DNA of 43,121 bases, from positions 1 through 43,121 of the forward strand of contig FLMG01003322.1 of NCBI GenBank assembly GCA_900088475.1, read 5' to 3'. Of the stretch, positions 34,901 through 43,121 are shown piece by piece. Origin of the DNA: Hyphochytrium catenoides (taxonomy: Eukaryota; Protista; Hyphochytriomycota). The position numbers and the translations under genes are program-made. Each line of letters opens with the position of its first letter. Position 1 is the first letter of the stretch. The notes below the pieces were generated by a model, which saw nothing but the letters and a program-made list of their open reading frames with translations, ran no database searches and was not told where the DNA came from.

Positions 34901-37900
34901 GAAGGACTGAAGCGAAGCCGCAGAGGAAGAGGAAGCAATGGCAGGTGGAGAATGTGCGATTTCATCTGACGCCAGATTGAAGAAGAAGAACTTAGTTTGG
35001 TCGGCAGGATCCTTAAAGCGGACCCAGGGAGAGCAGAAGAGCCCTTCCTCCACGTCCCTTTCAAAAGAGAAAGCTGGAGGAGAGTCCCATTGATACCGCA
35101 GCGCCATCACCTCTTTGTTTGGGATCTGCTGTTTGAAGCACTCTTTCAGCGTCTCTTCCAGTTCCCTCTCCGCTTCTTTCTCTTTCCCGCCCTCTCTCAG
35201 TGCAGTGGCCAGTAGAAGAGCTACCTCATAGGACCAGCCTATGAAGCGCTGGGCTGTGCGGGAGAGCGAGACTGCCAAAGTATAATATCTTTGCGCTAAG
35301 CACTTGCGAATCAATGCTGTCCAGGTGTAGGTGGAAGAGAGTGAAGCTGCGAGTCCTCCTCTTTCTTTCTGAAACAATGTCAGAAGATCTTTGATCTGTC
35401 GATGCCGCATTTCCGTCTCTCCTCTCGTGCCAGGCATGTGCGGTGTCTCTCTCTCTTCTTGCACTAGCTCCAGTTCTATTTCTATAGTACTCTGTTTCAC
35501 GTCCCACTGCCAATTGTCATCAAGGTGCAAGGTTTGGACTCCTCTCCATTTCCTATTTCCATTGAAAGGGAGCTCGCTTGGTGAGAGTTGAAGGCGTCCT
35601 ATAACCTTAGCGTCTCTAGAGAACTCGTCTCTGATGTTGATAGTAAACTTCTCTCCAGCGCTAAGAGCTAGCTGATAGACTTTGCTCCCCTGTCCCCAGA
35701 AGGGATCCTTTGCCGACAGATGGCCACTGGAAGAAGAGAAAAGGCGAGGGCCAGATGCAGGGTAAGATGTAGTCATTGGTGACGAGAACGCCCGGAGAAA
35801 GGGTAAGGCCCTTTGACGCAGAGAGGATTGAATTGCACGAGACAGACCCAACGCTCCATTGCCCAGCGCTGCTGTGCGGAAGCTTTGTCCATGACAGAGC
35901 ACTTCCGCGTATGGAGCAACGTGAAGTCTGTGCAAAGGTACAGGAAGACGGGAGCACCGAATGATGCGAACGTTGAGCCTGTGCGGAGGGGGTTGAGAAG
36001 AAAGAGAATCCTCGTCCTCTCTTTGCTTCGCTTCCTTTTCCTTATTAAGAGCAGGGGGAAGAAGAGCCAAGTAAAAGAGCTCTCGCGCCTTTCGCCTGTA
36101 CTCCTGCACGCGACGTCTAATCACTCTTTCTTCAGCTTCGTCCCACTCCTTCAAGAAGGACTCTGATAGCGAGGGAATCTCCCTTTGCGCCGGTGTCTCT
36201 GTTGACGATGCGCCAGGTCTTGTGGGAGAGCGGGGAAGACTGGAAGACGGGACAGCCTCAGAACAGAGTCCGTTAGTCTCGGTTGGAGCTATCTTGTCTC
36301 CTTCCACAGCCGCTGCTGGTGAAAGAAGAACTGATTTACTTTGATCTACTGATTGCTCCTGTTTAGCGTTTACGATGGGGTCGTTCTGGGCTAGCTTCTC
36401 CTCTTCGGATCCGACCTTTCTCTCTCCATTGGCCATCTTCTCCTTCTTTTTAGAGATCTTCTTCTTCTTTGTTGTGGTAGACTCGACTCTAGCAACTTCT
36501 TCATCTGCTTGCTGTCTCCCTTCCCCGCCCGTCTTCTTCTTCTTCTTCTTTCCTTTCTTCTTTTTAGGTGATGATAAGGCAAGAGGCGGTGGAGGGCCTG
36601 CAGGAGGAAAAGGCTTAGGTGGCGGTCCTTTCGGTGGCAGAGTCCTAACTGGAGTAGGAGCGACGAGGGGCAATGGCTCTGATGAAGGCAGCAACGAAGT
36701 AGAGGCCAGAAGTTGGTCTGCTGATGAGTTGGAGGGAGGTCCTTCCTGCGGATTTGGACTGCTCTCTTCTTGACGTTGAGGCTCTGTCTTCAAAAGGGTC
36801 ATGACTTTGGCGGGCCCTTCTGTCACTATCCGCTCCGCGGTGTCGACCCCCGTTTTAGCTATCAATAGGGAAGGAGAAATGGCGGCCGTTGGGGATTCTT
36901 CCTTCCGTTCAGCTGATGGATTCGCTCTCTTAGTTTCTGGTTTTACACTAAGATCGGGCCCAGTGTTCTCTCCATGTCTCTCCGGAGTCGCAGAAGGTGC
37001 CGAGTTGGTGAGAAGAAGAGCGGCAGGGAGTTGTCTCTCCCTTTGTCGTGCCTCCTGCCTTTTACCTAAGGTATAGGTCAAATGCTCCGCCCAAGCGGAG
37101 TAAATCATCGCCAAAATCTGCAGAACATCTTCAGAAGAAAGCTGTTCTTCTCTCTCGCGCCTATCCTTCCTCTTGTCTGTCCTAATACTGCCCGTCTTTT
37201 CGTCGTCTATCACCTCCCTCAGCAGCTTCCTAGCATATCTAACACACTTGCCATAGTTGTCAAGCTCGAGAGAGTTCTGAATGATCAGAAAGAGAACCGC
37301 TTTTCTCCCTCCCTCTTCCCTCTTCGGCGGCTTCTTCCATCCAGGGAATTCTTTAAGAAGTCTGGCCCCTAACTTGTTGCTCATTACATATTTCTGCGAC
37401 GCATGGTAGCACAGAGCAAGGAGATAGACGGACGAGGGAGAGATCGAGCATGCAGGAAATTGCAGAGAGAGCTCAAGGGCCTCTATAGCGCCCTTAAGGT
37501 TGGCAGGGTCTCCCTCGTCTCTCCATTGATAGAAGTGACTCTTTCCTAAGAGTTGAAAGAAGCTTGAGTCTCCAAAATAGGAGCCTTTTCTCTTCACGAA
37601 CTCGAGGATAGCAGCCATTTTCTTCCAGTCTTTCTTTCTTTTGTCACGTTCTCCACTCTTCTGTCCTCCTTCTCTTGGCCATCTCCCATACTTATAAGCA
37701 CGCGTCAGGAGCCGGTGATAGAAGTGGTTTTTGCGAACTTCTTCATCGAACGGGCTCCCGGCAGAGGCCCAAAACTTCCTCTGAGCCGCAAGGACCGAGA
37801 GAGAAGAAGAGATATTGGGCGACTTCGGGGTAGGAGCTGAAGATGGATCTGATTGAGAAGAGGCCGCCTTTATCGCTTTTTGCAGCCACACAACGGCATC

Positions 37901-39673
37901 GACATTTCGGTTTGTCTCTCTATAACACAAAGCGATCTTCTCATAGTGACCCGCATTGGAACTAGAGAAGGAGAGAGAGGACGAGTGGCTGGCAGAAGAG
38001 AGAAGTGTCGCCTGCTGCAGAAAGTCCCGCGCAAGATAGAAATCATTGTGGGAGAAACATTTTAGTCCAAGCTTTTCCCATAGTACGGGGCTAAGAATCC
38101 ACTCTTGCCAAGAGAGAAAGTACTCTCCCGCTCCATCCCCACTGTCTTCCTTCTCCGCGCGTCTCTTCAGCACCGGGAGGGAGATGTCCAGTCCGAAGGA
38201 GAGAGGGAGACGGCGGAGAAGCTCTAACATGGACGTAGTCCTCAAGTGGGTCCTCTTATATTCATAAAAGCCCTGGGTCGTTCTCTTGAAGTCAACATCG
38301 GCAAAGGAGTCTTCCGTCTTTCTGACGCGTACTATTAGCTGAAGAGAAGCATCATCTACCCGGTTCTCCTCCTTGGAGAAGACAAGGAAAGAACCTACTG
38401 GCTTTCTCTGTAGGTGGGAAGAAGCATGGGAAACTCAATCAGCATGAGAGACATACACAGAGACCGTCGAGAGTTGTGGCTTGAGAAACCCATAAGAGAC
38501 AGACTCATACTTTTAGGGCGAGAATATCTCACGTCTCTCTTTCCATGCCTCTCTCCCTGTCCCTGTTGATTCCTCCTGGACCGCTTTCCTCTCTCTCTCT
38601 CTGTCTTACTATCTCTCTGTTGCTCTATCTTCTCTCGTTCTTTCTCACCTCGATCAAAGCCGCAGCTTGGTCTTCCGAGATCTCTCCAAAATAGGGTCTA
38701 TCAGGTGAGAGAGTCAGAAATGACGAGCAAGACACGTCCCAAAGAATTCTTTCCTCTACTCGTCTCTCTATTTACCCTGGCCCCACCTACACCGAACTCT
38801 CTCTCCGCGGCAATGTACGGTCCGCTCTCCCGAGGCACTACAGAGTGTATTTAACTTTTCCTGATCCGCCCTTTGCTCTCTCTCTCTCTCTCACTCTCTC
38901 TCTCAATCCTGGTCTCTCTTTCGTTCTCTAAAGGTTGGGATCATCATCAGGTTCCACTTCTTGGCCTTGTCATCCTAGGGCGACTCTATTCCCTCTGACA
39001 CCTCACCACCGTGCCTGCGACAGCAGCTTAATGACTGACTTACCCAGTATCTGTATGCAGTTCTCTCTCCAAGTAGAGTTGTTCGTAGATAAGGTTTGCT
39101 TCGTTCATCTTCTCCGTCTCTTCTCCCTTTCCCCACTTCTCAAAGGTGCTTGCAATCATCAGCCGGAAGTCATCTTCAGTGTAAGGAATGGTGGGAGACA
39201 CAGAGCCCGGAGCGATGGAGGATTGAGTCCGAGGAGAGGCGGGAGAAGACGAAGAAGAAGGATAGCAAGCTTCCATAATCTCCCTAAGACCAGCAATAGC
39301 CTCTTGATAACGAGAGAGCTCTCGGAGATAACAAGCACGACGGAAAAGGAGAGCGAGGCGCTCTGAAGTGGCTGCATAACGGTCTATGAACCTTTGGAAA
39401 ACAAAAAGAGGGGAGAGACAGGAAGAAGGAAGACGGTGAGGACGGAAGAGAGAGAGGTGAGAACGGAAGAAGAGAGAGAGAGAGAGATCGGGAGAACCAA
39501 CGGGGAACAAAGAGATCAAGAGCAGAGAGAGAAGGAAAGGAAGAGAGAGAGAGATGAAGAGGGAAAGAGCGGGAGAGGGAAAGAGAGACGGGGGCAGGGG
39601 AGAGGAGAGAGAGAGAGAGAAGAAAATTGAGAGAGAGAGAGAGAGAAAGAGAGAGAGACAGAGAGACAGAGAA

Positions 39674-39706
<33 letters not shown>

Positions 39707-41494
39707 AGAGAGAGAGAGAGAGAAAGAGAGAAAGAGAGAGAAAATATGGTCAAGAATGCCATCGGAAATAAAATATTGGGAGAAACTTCCTATGGCCTTT
39801 TGCCCACTCAGCTTCCTCTTACATCCTGGCCGTTCTTTTCCTGATGGTTGCGCTTACCTGGCAATCATCTTCACGTTCTCCTTCAGTTCGCCATTCTTCT
39901 CTAATAAATATATGCACTTTAGAAACGCATCCTCTCTGCAATTCTCCTCATACTCGAGGCTCTGTTTATAGGCAGAGCAAGCCAAACGTAGAACAGAAAG
40001 CTCTCCGCTAACTTCCCAGGTGCTGTAGAGAGAGAAAGCAAACTTTCCCCAGAGCTCGGGAGAGAACTTGGCTCCTGCCTGGAGAGCAAGAGAGAGGAGA
40101 ACTGCAGCGCGACGATAATCTCCCACTTCGTAGGCAAAGAGAGGAAGAGAGACGTCCTCTCTTCGTTTTTGCTCGTCTGTATAGAGTCTCTTTCTTCGTG
40201 CGATCTCTCGGCCTTTCATCCCTCGGTACACCCGTTGAAGGAGCCTCACTCGCCGGTCAAAAAACCGAACACTCTCTCTCTCTATGGCAAGGCTGGTAAT
40301 TCGAGAGACATAGCGCCGGCTTTCTCTCTCTCTTGCCAATCTCTCTCTCACTTCCCGAGCAATGTACGCACGGAACTGCAGCTGTATGGAGACGCAGGCC
40401 TTATTCCTCTTTCTCTTCCTGTACTCCTTCCTTGCCACATAACACCGAAAGCTCCTTTGAATGGTCTCCGCCGAGCGTTGCTGCCTACGGTTTCTCCCTA
40501 ACTCAAGCGCTCTGACCTTCCTATGGTACCGTCGGAAGAGAGACTGGATCTTCCTGGCACTCGTATCCCTCAAGGAGAGAAGGCTCTCCTTTGTAGAGTG
40601 TATCAGAGGGATAAGCACTCTGTCTATCACTCGAATCGAGAGAGAGTGACAGAACCGTCTCTCTATCCTTCTTTTGGTCCTCTCCCATCGATACCAGCGT
40701 TGAACCCTCTCTACTGCCCTTACTATCAGAAGAAGAGGAATCTCTTGAAGAAACTCTGTTGCCACTTTCTTTCGCCATCTCTCTCTTCGTCTCCTATAGA
40801 GCTTATACCGGATCTGGAGAGAAGAGATTGCCCGCTGTACATTCCTTATCGCTCTTTCCTGAAGAAGCAGAAGAAATTTCTTGCGACTCGCATACTTCCG
40901 CCACAAGCTTTGTATCCGAATAGCTGCTTGGACCTTCTGGTGCTCTCGTGCAAGAACACTATCTTCACTGTTGGTTCCTTTCTCTCTCTTGTTCTTCCAT
41001 CTGTCTTTACTCCTTCCCACCACATCGCCAGTGTAGAGTGAAGCTGTGTAAACAGAGGCGAGGCTAGAGAGAGAAAATTCTCCGTTGGGATAGAGTCTGT
41101 TCTTTCCTTCTCTTCCGATAGGCTTTCTTCCATCAGGAGAAGGGGATGAAAGGGCGGGAGAGAGTGAAGAAGAAGGGAGAGGTGGTCGTACAACCTGGCT
41201 CGGTCGGGATACAATGAGCTTCACATGCTCTACTTTCGAGGAAGAGAAAGAAGGAGAGACCGAGAGGGGAGAAGAATGAGAGGATGTAGGGACATCCTGC
41301 CTGACCTTCACCACGGGAGACTTCAAGGGAACCATAGCGGGAGATGGAGACTGCCTCTGTTCGCTATCTAGAGAAGGAAGAAGGATCAGAGGATTATCTC
41401 TATCTCCTTGGTTGGTAGAAAGAGAAAGAGGAGGATTAGAGCCGACCACAGGACGTTTGACTCTATTTTGACTCGAGTCGGTCGGTCTTAACAT
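31992..41494 (-). CDS. Giant multidomain scaffold, 2727 aa: IQ cluster-TPR-SH2-like-TPR-Pro/Lys linker-C2-TPR-WW-like x2-IQ-C2-coiled coil; exons 41494-39858, 39391-39044, 38697-38649, 38407-34832, 34565-31992
   Basis: All four introns are GT-AG and phase-consistent (phases 2,2,0,0); the exons sum to 8184 nt. IQ motifs (AAIRIQSLWRKY, SAETIQRSFRCY, ACVSIQLQFRAY, ATITIQMAYRRR), C2 (PFIEMTLGDESWKTRVAKESSSPEWNEVFGF), WW-like (WVRFKDPADQTKFFFFN; WVEVYDESASQFHFIS). Confidence 0.85.
39400..39740. repeat. (GA)n-rich microsatellite/polypurine tract inside intron 1 of the giant scaffold gene
   Basis: Directly visible; explains the LSLS and RERE artefact ORFs. Confidence 0.95.
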
Positions 41495-42266
41495 CCCTCC
41501 GGAGGCTAGAGGAGAGAGAGAGAGAGAGAGAGATAAAGGGCCCTCAGGTCTCTTCCTTGCACTGAATGACTCTAAAAAGAGCAAACCGTACCCAGTGCTT
41601 TGGGAGGTTCGCTCTATTCCTCTTCCTCCTGTCCTCCTCCTCTCTCTCCCGTCTTGGATGAAGACAGCACATCAAGCTCATCTTCTTAGGGAGAGGAAGA
41701 GCGGGAGCGAGAGAGAGGGCTTTCGAGGGATCCTTAGTTCTTTCTTTCTAGGAGTCTTCCATTGAATGTCTCAAAGAGTGAAGAATGCACAGGTATCAGG
41801 AAGGAAAGGGGGGAGATCTCTCTTATGAGGGTTGCTAAATCGAGGAAGGACGCGAGAGCTATACATTAGAGGAAAGAGACGGACACTGCAAGGGCGCAAC
41901 CTCTCTATGGCCCTGCCAGACAGGAAGGGAGAGTCACCAAGGGGAGAGTTAGCACCAGAGAGAGAGAGACAGCAACAAAGGAGGAGAGAGAAAAGAGAGA
42001 GACAAAGAGCATCGCGGGCCAAGAGTGAGAGGAAGAGAGAGAAAGGAAGGTCTCGAACAGCGATGCCCGAGGCTAACAAGGGGAATAGAAAATGTCGCTT
42101 CGGCTTATAAGCCAGTGCTAGCCGTTAGAGGCTTTCTGGGAAACAAACCACGGGAAAACAACAGACTGTAACGCCTCCTTCTGTCTCCAGGCGGTTACCG
42201 GCTATTGTGGCGTCAGATGGTCGTGATTACATGCTTGCGGGGCTTCTGTCCACTGCTGAGGATCTA

Positions 42267-42365
42267 TTCTCTCTCTCTCTNNNNNNNNNNNNNNNNNNNN
42301 NNNNNNNNNNNNNNNNNNNNNNNNNNNCTGTCTCTCTCTCTCTCTCTTTCTTTCTCTCTCTCTCC
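42267..42365. repeat. (CT)n microsatellite containing an assembly gap (N 42281-42327)
   Basis: CT repeats flank the N run on both sides. Confidence 0.9.
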
Positions 42366-43121
42366 CTCTCCTCTGCCTCTGCCTTCCCGCTCGCTTGCTA
42401 TGCTATGCGTTTGCTCTTCTTATCCTCTTGTCCTCATCTTCTTCTCTGTGGGGAGGAGATATCTTTTTGTCTGCCTCGATATACGCTCTTTCCACTCACT
42501 GTCTAGTGCCTGCTCCTATGTCTTGCCTCTTCCGCACTTACTGACCTGCTTGAAACGTCTATTTCCTTTCCTCTCCATCCAAATCTGTTCGTTGCTCTCG
42601 TCTGCCGGTATCTTCTACAATCCAGAGCCCGGTGCCCTTTCTGCCTGCATGCAGTCTCTCTCTCCTTCTTCTCCCTCGGCTATGGAGGGATGGAGCCGAT
42701 GATGAGTGATGACATGACTTCCTGTCGTCTGTCGCGCCAGATTGTGGCAGCTTCTTGTTCTTACCCGCAAGCGTTGCCAGATCAGCTGAGCCCGTAGGAC
42801 CGAGCTGGTGACAATAAAAGAGGAGAGACAGTGGAGGAGGAAGAGGTTTGGTTAGCATGACAGCTCCAGCAGCACCTTGGTCAGATCCTTTGAAAGATTC
42901 TTCCTAGGCCTCCTCACTTGGTGAAAGAAAGATGTGAGACTAGGAGGAGGAGATCCCAGCTTGGCCATCCCTTCTGAAATAGGAAGGACAAGAGACGAAA
43001 GGGACAGAGGGCAATAAGGAGAGAGAGGTAAGAGGGAGACCGAGGGAGACCGAGAGAGAGGAGGATGGAGGATGCGCGCCGCCACCGCTCTTCCATTTTT
43101 CCCTTCGGAGGCTGCGGGCCC

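Noticed and set aside
39394-39971. RERE and LSLS-rich ORFs
   Set aside because: Translation of the intronic GA microsatellite; only 39391-39044 of the 240-aa ORF is a real exon.
42559-43096. Possible minus-strand exons at the window end
   Set aside because: Some splice-like sites are present, but there is no coherent or recognisable protein; may be UTR exons or part of an off-window gene.

Overview
Eukaryotic (protist-like) nuclear DNA in the standard genetic code, with GT-AG spliceosomal introns (CTAAC/CTGAC-type branch points, several AAG acceptors). Most short ORFs in the track are antisense shadows or single exons. Genes supported by the sequence: an intronless ABCC/MRP transporter (minus strand, runs off the window, absent from the ORF track); an intronless PPR-like protein; DAD1/OST2; a DHHC palmitoyltransferase; an RCC1-repeat+BTB protein; a long coiled-coil protein; a large ARM-repeat protein; and a 5-exon, 2727-aa scaffold (IQ-TPR-SH2-like-TPR-C2-WW-WW-IQ-C2). 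Four signals stand out. (1) An SH2-like domain in the giant scaffold appears only after splicing a 49-nt exon, and it lacks the phosphotyrosine-binding arginines. (2) All 13 repeats of the PPR-like protein are 36-37 aa, none the canonical 35. (3) A tRNA-Gln-like cloverleaf has a 15-nt D-loop and an 8-nt anticodon loop. (4) Phased palindromic repeats lie upstream of the ABCC gene. I found no multi-gene novel system, CRISPR array or recognisable mobile element. All exon models were built by eye, and no database searches were run.
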